A stretch of 64,000 bases of DNA from Octopus sinensis (GCF_006345805.1 NC_043011.1:31446464-31510463); one strand, 5' to 3'. Positions 12,854 through 25,796 are shown, numbered from the stretch's first letter. Made by a program: numbers and translations. Notes: generated by a model not told the origin, from the letters alone.

Positions 12854-12925
12854 TACATACATACATACATACATACATACATACATACATACATACATAC
12901 ATACATACATACATACACATATGCA
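12080..12925. repeat. compound (TA)n/(TACA)n/(TG)n microsatellite with an internal duplication of about 305 bp
   Basis: Block tacaaacatatatatctatataaatacatat...gtgtttgtata occurs twice. Confidence 0.95.
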
Positions 12926-13196
12926 TATGATGTGTACTTTGCTGAGGGAAGTTATGAATACGGGAAAAGAACCGGTCTCGGCACATGCATTTCCTTCTCC
13001 TTTTTTTTAAATTACTTTTTTTTTTCTATTTAAATAGCTAATTAGAAACAGACATTTTATCTTGTGTTAATCTGTTTAATCTTGAAACAGTTTTTCAACA
13101 TGTCTTCGGTTTAAACTTAAAGAAGACACGCACACGTTAATATCATGTGTTCGTGTGTGTACACATACACACATTCTAATACACGCACACATGCAC

Positions 13197-13954
<758 letters not shown>

Positions 13955-13955
<1 letters not shown>

Positions 13956-14280
13956 GTTTCTTTATTGGCAACACAGGGCTGCACACAGACAGGACAAATT
14001 ACAAGGTAGAGCTTTTCTTTTGGGGGTAAAAAAAAATGGCGGTTTGGTTTTCGATCAAAAGGGATCGTAAAAGGAAAGAAAGAGGACAAAAAAGGGGGGG
14101 ATAAAATAAAAAAAAAAGGGGAAAGGAAAAAAAATTGATCAATAGGGATCGTTATCACAGAAATGTCAATATGAAGTGTAAAGAGGAGGACAGGTGAGGT
14201 TTACCCGTGGAAAGAAAAGCCTACGGAAAAGACCACGGTAACCTCGGTCAATGAAGTCACATGTTATATTTCTTTTTTTT
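13955..14280 (-). mobile_element. probable LINE 3' UTR fragment
   Basis: Minus strand ends ttgtcctgtctgtgtgcagccctgtgttgccaataaagaaac then a microsatellite tail; no clear ORF. Confidence 0.4.
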
Positions 14281-14329
14281 TTTTTGCAAATAAGCAACTC
14301 TGTATTAATTTTTACGGTTCATAGAATCA

Positions 14330-14330
14330 T

Positions 14331-14401
<71 letters not shown>

Positions 14402-14662
14402 AAGGCGGCGAGCTGGCAGAAGCGTTAGCGCGCCGGGAGAAATGCTTAGCGATATTTCGACTGCCGTTATGTTCCGAGTTCAAATTCCGCCGAGGTCGAC
14501 TTTGCCTTTCATCCTTTCGGGGTCGATAAATTAAGTAGCAGTTACGCACTGAGGTCGATGTAATCGACTTAATCCGTTTGTCTGTCCTTGTTTTTCCCCT
14601 CTATGTTTAGCCCCTTGTGGGTTATAAAGAAATAAGAAAGAAAGATAGATAGATAGAAAGAT

Positions 14663-14694
<32 letters not shown>

Positions 14695-14695
14695 T

Positions 14696-14751
<56 letters not shown>

Positions 14752-14786
14752 AATATTGATAGACAGACAGACAGACAGACAGATAT

Positions 14787-14843
<57 letters not shown>

Positions 14844-14849
14844 AGATAG

Positions 14850-14882
<33 letters not shown>

Positions 14883-15205
14883 GATAGATAGATAGATAGA
14901 TAGATAGATGATAGATAGATAGATAAAAGGCGGCGAGCTGGCAGAAGCGTTAGCGCGCCGGGAGAAATGCTTAGCGATATTTCGACTGCCGTTATGTTCC
15001 GAGTTCAAATTCCGCCGAGGTCGACTTTGCCTTTCATCCTTTCGGGGTCGATAAATTAAGTAGCAGTTACGCACTGAGGTCGATGTAATCGACTTAATCC
15101 GTTTGTCTGTCCTTGTTTTTCCCCTCTATGTTTAGCCCCTTGTGGGTTATAAAGAAATAAGAAAGAAAGATAGATAGATAGATGATAGATAGATAGATAG
15201 AAGAT

Positions 15206-15294
<89 letters not shown>

Positions 15295-15329
15295 AATATT
15301 GATAGACAGACAGACAGACAGACAGATAT

Positions 15330-15389
<60 letters not shown>

Positions 15390-15390
15390 G
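14330..15390 (+). repeat. tandem duplication (about 530 bp unit) of SINE-B plus (GATA)n/(GA)n
   Basis: SINE-B copies at 14399-14640 and 14927-15170 share private variants and the same flanking microsatellite architecture. Confidence 0.9.
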
Positions 15391-15719
15391 CAAGTCGGTA
15401 GGTAGCTGGATAGATGGACCGACGTTGATGGGAGAAATGATGTAATTAGGTAAAACACACAATGTAAGAGAGAATATAGTCGTTAATGAGTGAGTATAAG
15501 GTTAATTGATAAGAACTTTCTCCCGCTTTTACTGAATTACTCCTTCACTATCTCAATCTATCTATCTAACTAGATATATATTTAAGAGTTTCCTAATAAT
15601 TACAATCAAGGCAGTGATTGATTGAAAATCTTCGTTCGAGTAACGACATCTAATACGTGATAGGACGAAGATTTGTCAATTCTACTTTATCACCAGATTC
15701 GTTTAGCCAAACGTCTCAT

Positions 15720-15990
15720 GTGTATGTATGTATGTATGTATGTATGTATGTATGTATGTATGTATGTATGTATGTATACATGCATGTATGTATGTATGTA
15801 TACATGCATGTATGTATGTATGTATGTATACATGCATGTATGTATGTATGTATGTATGTATGTATGTATGTATGTATGTATGTATGTATGTATACATGCA
15901 TGTATGTATGTATGTATGTATACATGTATGTATGTATGTATGTATGTATGTATGTATGTATAAATGCATGTATGTATGTATGTATGTATG
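15720..15990. repeat. (TATG)n microsatellite
   Basis: Direct reading. Confidence 0.95.
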
Positions 15991-16522
15991 TACTGTAGCA
16001 CGTATATATTTGCATTTATCTATCTCTATATAACATTTATACTATGTCACAAAACCAAGAAGTAAAACGAGCAACATAAGCATGTATGTGTGTGAAAGTG
16101 TGTGTATATGTGAGTAAATATATGTGAGTGTATGTATGTGTGCGTGCGCGAAATTGTTGTTAGTAGAGTTAAAAGTGAAATCATTTCAACACAAACCGTT
16201 TTTCAATTTCTTCCAGCTGTTAATTTTTGGAAAGTGAACTTTGAAATGTGGGCAATAATGTTTACATATACAGACACATTCTCTTAGATAAACATGTATT
16301 CACCATCAAACTGCATACACACGCGCACACACAGACAGGCAGACACACACACACAAACACAGACACACATACATACAGACTCACACGTGTGGTGTGTGTG
16401 TGTGCATATGCTTGAGTGCGTGTATATATATAGCTATATTTATATGTAAGTACGTACGTACGTACGTATGCATATATGTAAATCTGTATGTATGCACGTA
16501 TGTATGTTTGTATGTATGTATA

Positions 16523-16903
16523 CTCTTTTACTCTTTTACTTGTTTCAGTCATTTGACTGTGGCCATGCAGGAGCACCACCTTTAGTTGAGCAAATCGATC
16601 CCAGGGCTTGTTCTTTGTAAGCCTAGTGCTTATTCCATCGGGGACGTAAACACACCAGCATCGGTTGTCAAGCGATGTTGTGGGGACAAACACAGACACA
16701 CAAACATACACACACACACACGCATATACATATATATACATATATACGACGGGCTTCTTCCAGTTTCCGTCTACCAAATATACTCACAAGGCTTCGGTCG
16801 GCACAAGGCTATAGTAGACGGCACTTGCCCAAGGTGCTACGCAGTGGGACTGAACCCGGAACTACGTGGTTGGTGAGCGAGCTGCTTACCACACAGCCAC
16901 TCC
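16523..16903 (-). mobile_element. SINE family A with small internal deletions
   Basis: Collinear match to family A. Confidence 0.85.
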
Positions 16904-17294
16904 AACGTATGTATGTATGTATGTATGTATGTATGTAGTATGTATGTATGTATGTATGTATGTATGTATGTATGTTTGTACACACACACACACATACACA
17001 CATATACACGCACACATGCATGAGTGTGGCCGTATAGTAAGAATTTTCTTCTCAACCACATGTTTCCGGGTTCACTCCCAGTTTGTGTCTTTGCGAGTGT
17101 ATTTGTCCGGCCTCACCACTCGACCACCGGTGGTTTATTTACGTCCCCATAACTATGCAGTTTGGCAAAAGCGACCTACAAAATAAATCCTAAGCTTAAA
17201 AACTGGTGTCGATTAATGTTTGACTACATCCTTCAAGGGACTGCCCCAGAATGGCCGCAGTCCAATGACTGGAAATGAATAAAAGGCGAAAGAT

Positions 17295-18444
17295 AACAGA
17301 AAATGCCGTCCACACTTCAAGGAAGTCAGGCCAGAAAGACAGTAGCAGAGCTCTCGTCGCGGGTCAACGACGGGAGGGAGGAGGAGGAGCAAGAGAAAGG
17401 GAGAGGTGTTATTTGTCCTGTACTCTATTTTTTTGTTGTTTAAGAAAAATGTCCAGTTCCTTGGTTTTGTGTTTATGTTTTCGTTTCTCATTGTGTTCGA
17501 CGGTTTTTTTTGGTGTCCTGTACTCATATATGCGTGTATATATACACGTAGAGGTAGGTACGTACATATATGTATGTATATATGCATATGTTTTATTTAT
17601 TAATTTATTATATGACGGAACGCACGCATCCATTTCTAAGTAAGATTGTTCTTGATATTAATAATGATGCGCACTCTTGACCTTTCTGTCCCCTCCCTTT
17701 CATTCTTTCTGGTTTCTTTTTCTTCTACCTTACTGTCTCCCCCTCTCTCTCATTCTTCATTCTTTCTGGTTTCCTCACCAACCATTCTCTTATTTTCTCT
17801 CCCTTTCTCCTGCTCCTCCTCCTCCCTCCCGTCGTTGACCCGCGACGAGAGCTCTGCTACTGTCTTTCTGGCCTGACTTCCTTAAAGTGTGGACGGCATT
17901 TTCTGTTGCTCCTTCGCCGTTCTCAAAAATAGCGTTCGTAATACTTTTTCTCGTTCGGCTTAACAGCCCTTCTTGTCTTGTTATTCTCCTTGTCCTGTCT
18001 TTTACTGTTTATATTTTGTATTGTCGTTACTGTCCTGTTTTTGTTACCATTTTTACCCCTCCGCAAAAAGATCTCAAATTTTATTTAATTTGCTTTTCGC
18101 GGGAAGGAAAGTTTCTATCGAAGATGCGTATCGCCTTCACCTTCGAAACGCAGAGTAGATGAAACCATGGCGACTGAAGAAGGGGAATTTTCCTTGTGTT
18201 ATTTGTCTTGTACTCTATTTTTTTGTTGTTTAAGAAAAATGTCCAGTTTCTTGGTTTTGTGTTTATGTTTTCGTTTTTCATTGTGTTCGACGTTTTTTTT
18301 TTGGTGTCCTGTACCCTTATATGCGTGTATATATACATGTAGAGGTAGGTACGTACATATATGTATGTATGTATATATGCATATGTTTTATTTATTAATT
18401 TATTATATGACGGAACGCACGCATCCATTTCTAAGTAAGATTGT
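17295..18444 (+). mobile_element. non-coding Penelope-like terminal-repeat element (direct + inverted repeats, HHR relic)
   Basis: Direct repeats 17406-17649 / 18196-18444; inverted repeat 17295-17405 / 17797-17907; degenerate HHR 18111-18165. Confidence 0.6.
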
Positions 18445-18519
<75 letters not shown>

Positions 18520-18601
18520 GTATGTCCCGGGTTGATTCGGGGTTAACCACAGTAAATAAGGTACTCAAACATAGCAGAGTAAAATTAATTTATTATATAG
18601 A

Positions 18602-18659
18602 AGGAGCTTCTACAGGACTAGAACTGTTTCATTCAAGAGAAATCTTCAGGAAGCTTCCT
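18602..18659 (-). ncRNA. type I hammerhead ribozyme motif (minus strand, mirror copy)
   Basis: Exact reverse complement within the perfect palindrome 18589-18718. Confidence 0.75.
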
Positions 18660-18705
18660 GAAGATTTCTCTTGAATGAAACAGTTCTAGTCCTGTAGAAG
18701 CTCCT
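18648..18705 (+). ncRNA. type I hammerhead ribozyme motif (plus strand)
   Basis: Stem I AGG(A)AGCTTC/GAAGCTCCT, core CTGAAGA, stem II TTTC-TCTT-GAAT, GAAA, stem III CAG/CTG, cleavage triplet GTA (cut after 18696). Confidence 0.75.
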
Positions 18706-18739
18706 TCTATATAATAAAATATATATATATATATATATA

Positions 18740-18788
<49 letters not shown>

Positions 18789-18864
18789 TATACACATATA
18801 CATACATATATATTTAATTTTTATATATATATATATTTATACACACACACACACATATAAATAT

Positions 18865-19020
18865 AGGGAGAGAATTCACAAAAAAAACGAAGACAGGTGG
18901 TGTAGAAAAGAAACATATGTATTAGTATAACGCTCGGGAATTGAAAAAGTCTTTAACGTTTCGTGCCTACGCTCTTCCACAGAAAGGAACACAGAAAGAA
19001 ACAAGGAGAGAAAAAAAAAT
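18865..19020 (-). mobile_element. PLE-type terminal repeat with HHR-like motif
   Basis: Minus strand ctgtggaagagcgtaggcacgaaacgttaaagac; homolog at 40320-40440. Confidence 0.5.
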
Positions 19021-19583
19021 GTGTGTAGTGGCTACCGATCTATCATGGCGAATGCCGGACAGAAGGGTCACACAGGAGAGCGAAGAAGTAGGGGAGATAA
19101 CAAAGTAGTTGTGATCCCAAAACGAAGGTGTGCGTGTGTGTAAGAGTGTACGTATGTGCGTGTAAAAGAGGGCTGCGGATTTTGACGTGTGCGTGTATGT
19201 ATGTGTAGGTGTGAAAATGTGGGGATAGGAACTGGTTAGTGCTGGTGTGTGGGTGGTGGTGTGTTGTGATGTGATGTGTCGTGTGCTATTGTGTAGTGTG
19301 GTGTGGTGTATATATTTAACTTCTGGAGGCCGGTTTATAGGGCTACCATCGCGTAATAGTGATAATAGTATTAGCGATAATTACACTACAACTGGAAATT
19401 GATTGCTGATGTGAGTGGAAGATAACCCCCCTACCTTTTACCTTCATAGCCAACAGGTGGCGTAGCTGAAGGAGGGCGACACAGTCGGAGGCTGATGACC
19501 AGCAGCGAAGGGAGATAATCCCCATTGTTTATATCTATAGTTTCCTCACTCCATATTTTAACGAGGCTATAGGACAACAGGCT

Positions 19584-19643
19584 TAGGGTCTGAAGATACG
19601 CCTTAAAGGTACTCTCAATGGCGAGAAACTCATAGTAACCCTA
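19584..19643 (+). ncRNA. minimal type I hammerhead ribozyme motif
   Basis: Stem I TAGGGT/ACCCTA, CTGAAGA, imperfect stem II t(a)cgcc...ggcga, GAAA, C-TCATA-G, TA cleavage site. Confidence 0.65.
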
Positions 19644-19752
19644 TAAACTGGCCTTCAACAGTAATAAATATAGACTCCTCTACTTCTTAGAATGTGCTTC
19701 TCCGGATTTATATTTTTCTAAAAACACGACGAGATATATATATATATGTGTA

Positions 19753-19789
<37 letters not shown>

Positions 19790-19802
19790 GGTGTGTATGT
19801 AT

Positions 19803-19864
<62 letters not shown>

Positions 19865-20039
19865 CAGCCGATAACTGATGAAGGGTCATTTTTTTATGTT
19901 GCTTGACATGTTTCTTTCGTTGTTCGAAAAAAGTTCGTGTTCCAGGTTTTCGTATTTCACGTTGTTTACGTTCTGTGGTGTCCTGTGCCCATATATACAT
20001 GTGTATATACATATATATGTATGTACATATGTGTATGTA

Positions 20040-20350
20040 TGCATATCACGTGATCATGTGACCGACAGGACCATCAGATGTTGTTACACATCGCTGGTCA
20101 CAATGCGTTCGCATTGTTTTAGCCTTCAAATGACGCCACCCCGCTGGCTAAGTGAGCAGGCCAACAGAAGAAAGAGTGGGAGAAAGAGTGGTGAAAGAGT
20201 ACAGCAGGGATCACCACTCCCTGCCGGAGCTTCGTGGAGCTTTTAGGTGTTTTCGCTCAATAAACACACACAACGCTCGGTCTGAGAATCGAAACCGCGA
20301 TCCCGCGACCGCGAGTCCGCTGCCCTAACCATTAGGCCATTGCGCCTCCA
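20040..20350 (-). mobile_element. tRNA-derived SINE family D
   Basis: Head ggaggcgcaatggcctaatggttagggcagcggactc..gtttcgattc; homologous heads at 45386, 55070 and 61093. Confidence 0.85.
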
Positions 20351-20400
20351 TATATGTATGCATATATGTTTATATATTATTTATATTATACACGCACATA

Positions 20401-20798
20401 CTCTTTTACTTGTTTCAGTCATTTGATTGTGGCCATGCTGGAGCACCGCCTTTTAGTCGAGCAAATCGACCCCAGGACTTATTCTTTGTAAGCCTAGTAC
20501 TTATTCTATCGGTCTCTTTTGCCGAACCGCAAGGTTACGGGGACGTAACCACGCCAGCATCTGCTGAGGGACAAAAACAGACACACAAACATATATACAC
20601 ACACATACATACATACACACACATATATATATATATAATATATATATATATATTATATATATATATGTAGCACTCGCAAGGCTTTGGTCGGCCCGAGGCT
20701 ATAGTAGAAGACACTTGCCCAAGGTGCCACGTGGTGGGACTGAACCCGGAACCATGTGGTTGGTAAGCAAGCTACTTAACCCACAGCCACTCCTGCGC
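20401..20798 (-). mobile_element. SINE family A
   Basis: Collinear match. Confidence 0.88.
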
Positions 20799-20829
<31 letters not shown>

Positions 20830-21254
20830 TATATATTTGTTTATTTTCATAAAGCTTCCCGTTATTATATATATATATATACATATACGTTTAAATATTT
20901 GTTGTGCAAGATTTTTTATGTGAAGTCGTGTGTTGAAACGGAATGGTCATATTGCCAGTTTAGCCAATAAAAACACACGCACTATATATTTGGTGTTATT
21001 TATTATATATACACACCTACTTAATCGATGTTTATTACGAGACCCACCGAAATATAGACACACTCCGCGCGTGTGTACATTTATGTGTGTGTTTCCTTTT
21101 ACGTTTATTCCCGTTTAAATCGATGCTGTGTTTTCAGTTGTATCTCGTAATAAACAGAGATCGATAGAATAAGCACTGCCGGATCGATATGATCAACTAA
21201 ATATATTAATATAAACACAAGCGCGCGTATTCACTCATTTATGGTGAGATTCCT

Positions 21255-21412
21255 AGGAGTGGCTGTGTGGTAAGTAGCTTGCTTACCAACCACATGGTTC
21301 CGGGTTCAGTCCCACTGCGTGGCACCTTGGGCAAGTGTCTTCTACTATAGCCTCGGGCCGACCAAAGCCTTGTGAGTGGATTTGGTAGACGGAAACTGAA
21401 AGAAGCCCATCC

Positions 21413-21494
<82 letters not shown>

Positions 21495-21692
21495 TGTGTC
21501 TGTGTTTGTCCCCGCAACATCACTTGACAACCGATGCTGGTGTGTTTACGTCCCCGTTAATTAGCGGTTCGGCAAGAGAGGCCGATAGAATAAGTACTAG
21601 GCTTACAAAGAATAAGTACTGGGGTCGATTTGCTCGACTAAAGGCGGTGCCCTAGCATGGCCGCAGTCAAATGACTGAAACCAATAAAAGAA
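21255..21692 (+). mobile_element. SINE family A
   Basis: Collinear match. Confidence 0.88.
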
Positions 21693-21854
21693 TAAATGAA
21701 TAAAAGAATTTGGATAAGTTCGTATGTGGTGGCGTAAAGGCGAATCCAATGTTTTTGTGCTGAACTTTCGTCTGGTATAATTTTTGCAGTCGCAAACCAC
21801 CATCAGTTGCATTTGAGTTAGTCAATGAGGGATCGGGCCGTGTTTACAACTTTT

Positions 21855-21856
21855 TC

Positions 21857-21895
<39 letters not shown>

Positions 21896-22289
21896 TTTCT
21901 TTTCTTTTTATTTCTTTCTCTCTTTCTTTCCTTTTCTTTCTTTTTCTTTCTTTCTCTCTTTCTTTCCTTTCTTTCTATTTCTTTTTCTTTATTTCTTTCT
22001 TTTTTTCTTATTTTTTCTTATGCCTTTCTTTTCTTTCTTTCTTTCTCTTCTTTCTATTTTTCCTTTTTATTTTCCTTTCTTGCATTTTCTTTTATTCTTC
22101 TTTTTCTTTCTTTCTTGATTTCTTTCTTATTCTTTCGCTCTTTCTTTTTCTTTCTCTCTTTTCATTTTCTTCTTTCGGGCATTCTTTCTTTCTTTCTTTC
22201 TTTTCTTCGTCTTCTTTCTTTCTTATTCTTTCTTCTGCCTTTCTTTCTCTTTCTTTCTCTTTTTCCTTTTCTTTCTTCCTTTCTTGCAT

Positions 22290-22321
<32 letters not shown>

Positions 22322-22380
22322 ATTCTTTCTTCTGCCTTTCTTTTTCTTTTTTTCTCTCTTTCCTTTTCTTTCTTTCTTTT
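21855..22380. repeat. degenerate (TTTC)n polypyrimidine tract
   Basis: Direct reading. Confidence 0.9.
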
Positions 22381-22919
22381 TCTTTCTTTCTTTCTTTTTT
22401 AATCTCGCAAACACACACGCACATACACACATACACGTACACTTACATTCACATGTACGCATAAATCACTCAAACGTGCGTGAGAGCGCTTAGACACACG
22501 TGACCGAACCTGTACTATGTGTAAAGAGTTAGACAGGTCATTCCTTACCAGCACAGATCCTCTCCCACATTCTTTCACGCATACGTCAACCTACAGATGT
22601 TCAAGTTGTTGTTGTTTTTGCTGCTGTTGTTGTTGAAGTTGTTATTGTTGTTGTTGTTGTTCAATATCTTAACTTCTTGAAAAAAAAGTCTGCAGGGAGT
22701 GATTTGGTTGGTGTTTCCAGCAGGTCGAAAAATTGCAAAGAGACGCCCTCATTGGTTCGAGTTCCTCCGTTGGCCATAAGATCTCAACAATCGTTCTAGC
22801 TTTGCAAAAGTCATAAATAGTTCACTTCCCAATCACGAGGTCTCAGATTCGATCTGACTGCGTGGTTGACTAAAACAAACAAAATAGAGAAAGATAAAAA
22901 AAATAATAAAAAATAAATA

Positions 22920-23525
22920 GGCGCAGGAGTGGCTGTGTGGTAAGTAGCTTGCTTACCAGCCACATGGTTTCGGGTTCAGTCCCACTGCGTGGCACCTTGG
23001 GCAAATGTATTCTACTATAGCCTCGGGCCGACCAAAGCCTTGTGAGCGGATTTGGTAGACGGAAACTGAAAGAAGCCCGTCGTATATATGTATATATGTA
23101 TGTATGTGTGTGTCTGTGTTTGTCCCCACAACATCGCTTGACAACCTATTTCTTTATTACCCACAAGGGGCTAAACACAGAGGGGACAAACAAGGACAGA
23201 CATAGGTATTAAGTCGATTACATCGACCCCAGTGCGTAACTGGTACTTAATTTATCGACCCCGAAAGGATGAAAGGCAAAGTCGACCTCGGCGGAATTTG
23301 AACTCACAACGTAACGCAGACGAAATACCGCTAAGCATTTCGCCCGGCGTGCTAACGTTTCTGCCAGCTCGCCGCTTGACAACCGATGCTGGTGTGTTTA
23401 CATCCCCGTAACTTAGCGGTTCGGCAAAAGAGACCAATAGAATAAGTCCTGGGGTCGATTTGCTCGACTAAAGGCGGTGCTCCAGCATGACCGCAGCCAA
23501 ATGACTGAAACAAGTAAAAGAAGAG
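22920..23525 (+). mobile_element. SINE-A interrupted by a minus-strand SINE-B (23147-23375)
   Basis: TSD (cgc)ttgacaacc at 23135-23146 and 23373-23384. Confidence 0.92.
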
Positions 23526-23982
23526 AGAGAGAGAAAAATAATTTCCTGTGGATCCTTCCATTTCCATCACAGGCAAAGCTTATAAAAGCAAGAATCAAAC
23601 AAATGCTAACACAAAAAGACTATCTAAATGCTATCAATTGCTCACAAATACATTAAATGTGAAAATTGTTTTTCTAGAAAGGGCCCGACGCTCATGGAGA
23701 AATAAATACCACAGGCGCCTATTTTGGGGCCGCAGCCCACCTATCACCGGTCCCTCCTTACTAAACATTGAACGTAACTGGAATGGACAACATTCCCTCA
23801 GGCATATTTTTTGCCATTAATCCACAAAAAAATTTTAATTTGAAGGATTCACACAGGTACAAAGAAACGGAAGAAGATGAGAAAGTAAAAGAAAGAAAAG
23901 GGGATAAAGAAAAGGAAAGAAAAGCTGCGAGAGATGGAAGAGGAGGGGCGATGGGCCACATATCTCAGAACGAGTGGGGTGC

Positions 23983-24260
23983 TCAGCCGCGCCCTGCAGT
24001 AATGATCGCGATGGCGTTGCCACGGAGAATGGCCAGCGACACTTGCTGCTGTAGCAGCCACTCCACCTCGCGGCACTTATTTCTCCGACAGGTCGCCGCT
24101 ATTCCTATTTTGCGGAGGAAATCGGTCGTACGAGAATTGATTGGTGTCCACGAGTAGACATAATCAGGCTGGATACAACCAGACTGGTATGCTTGTCCTG
24201 TCGCTTAGAAGGTGCTGGGAGTTCGCTCCCCTGCTCGCAATGTCAACCAGCCAGAGCTGA
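23983..24260 (-). pseudogene. CRE/NeSL-like non-LTR retrotransposon, restriction-like endonuclease C-terminus relic
   Basis: Manual translation TTDFLRKIG...REVEWLLQQQVSLAILRGNAIAII. Confidence 0.65.
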
Positions 24261-24748
24261 TGTCTTCTTGGGGTAAAAAATAATCGCAGTAAAGTCCGTT
24301 CGAACGGAATAGCCATGTTGAAGTAGCAACGAACATTACTTGTAAGTAAAACTGCTGCACATAAAACTGCTCTCTTTGAGAGATTTAAAAGCTAGCTTTT
24401 TGGTTGAGGATAAGTAGTTCTGCCAAAAAGCAGATAAAGGTGAGAGTGGAGCGGAGTCTGTATGTCAACGCACTCGTTTTAATTGCTAGGAATAACAACC
24501 AAACTCCCTCAAAATCACACCTACTGCATTAGACAAAAATAAATAAAGCATGAAAAAAAAAAAAAAGACGGATGAACACATTGGACATAGTGGTTCTTGA
24601 TATACAAAAAAGATGGGATGGTCACGCTGGAACGTCTTTGTTCATAGATTTGGCTGTTTCATCAGAGCTATCCTAGGAGTAAACACGAGTATCTGTTCAG
24701 TCTCCCCCCCCTTCTCTTTAAGACATATCACACAACACACACACAACA

Positions 24749-24785
<37 letters not shown>

Positions 24786-25074
24786 CTATATATATGCTCA
24801 CACTTACGGACCCACCTACACATAGACATATACACACACATACACACACACACACATACGCCTACACATACACCTACACATATGCTCACAAATACGTACC
24901 CACCAACATATACGCATATACACACAAACATACGTATACATACATACACACACGCACAAACATATACACACCCACACACACACCCACACATACACTTTCT
25001 TTTTCTCACTTCCACTTTCCCACATTCATTTGTATCGGGAAAGTCAAATGGAAATTAAGACAAAGTGACAGAAG

Positions 25075-25079
<5 letters not shown>

Positions 25080-25120
<41 letters not shown>

Positions 25121-25171
25121 TAGATAGATAGATAGATATACAGATAGATAGATAGATAGATAGATAGACAT

Positions 25172-25253
<82 letters not shown>

Positions 25254-25262
25254 ATATTATAT

Positions 25263-25314
<52 letters not shown>

Positions 25315-25376
25315 CCAGATAGAGAGATAGATAGATTGCTAGATAGGTAGATAGATAGATAGACAGAGAGATAGAC

Positions 25377-25469
<93 letters not shown>

Positions 25470-25502
25470 GAAAGATAGATAGAGAGATAGATAGATAGAT
25501 AG

Positions 25503-25570
<68 letters not shown>
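25080..25570. repeat. (GACA)n/(GATA)n/(GA)n/(TA)n compound microsatellite
   Basis: Direct reading. Confidence 0.95.
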
Positions 25571-25796
25571 TGTACACAGAGAAAGACTTTACCCAAATAC
25601 ATTCACACATGCTTGATCATTTACATTGCCAATGTATATTTGAGAAAGGGAAAATATGTTAATCCGTCTTGTGTTATTTGAAAAGGCAGTGACCCCGTCA
25701 GCGACCTCTCAGCGGGTCAGTCGCTTCTGAAGACTGATGACAAAACATTTAGTAGTATGACGGGGTCAGAACAAAATCTGTCAGCATTACTTATCA

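Noticed and set aside
12920-13010. Frame reading [14 protein letters not shown], resembling a MORN repeat
   Set aside because: Single short motif next to a microsatellite, with no convincing splice sites and a stop soon after; probably chance.
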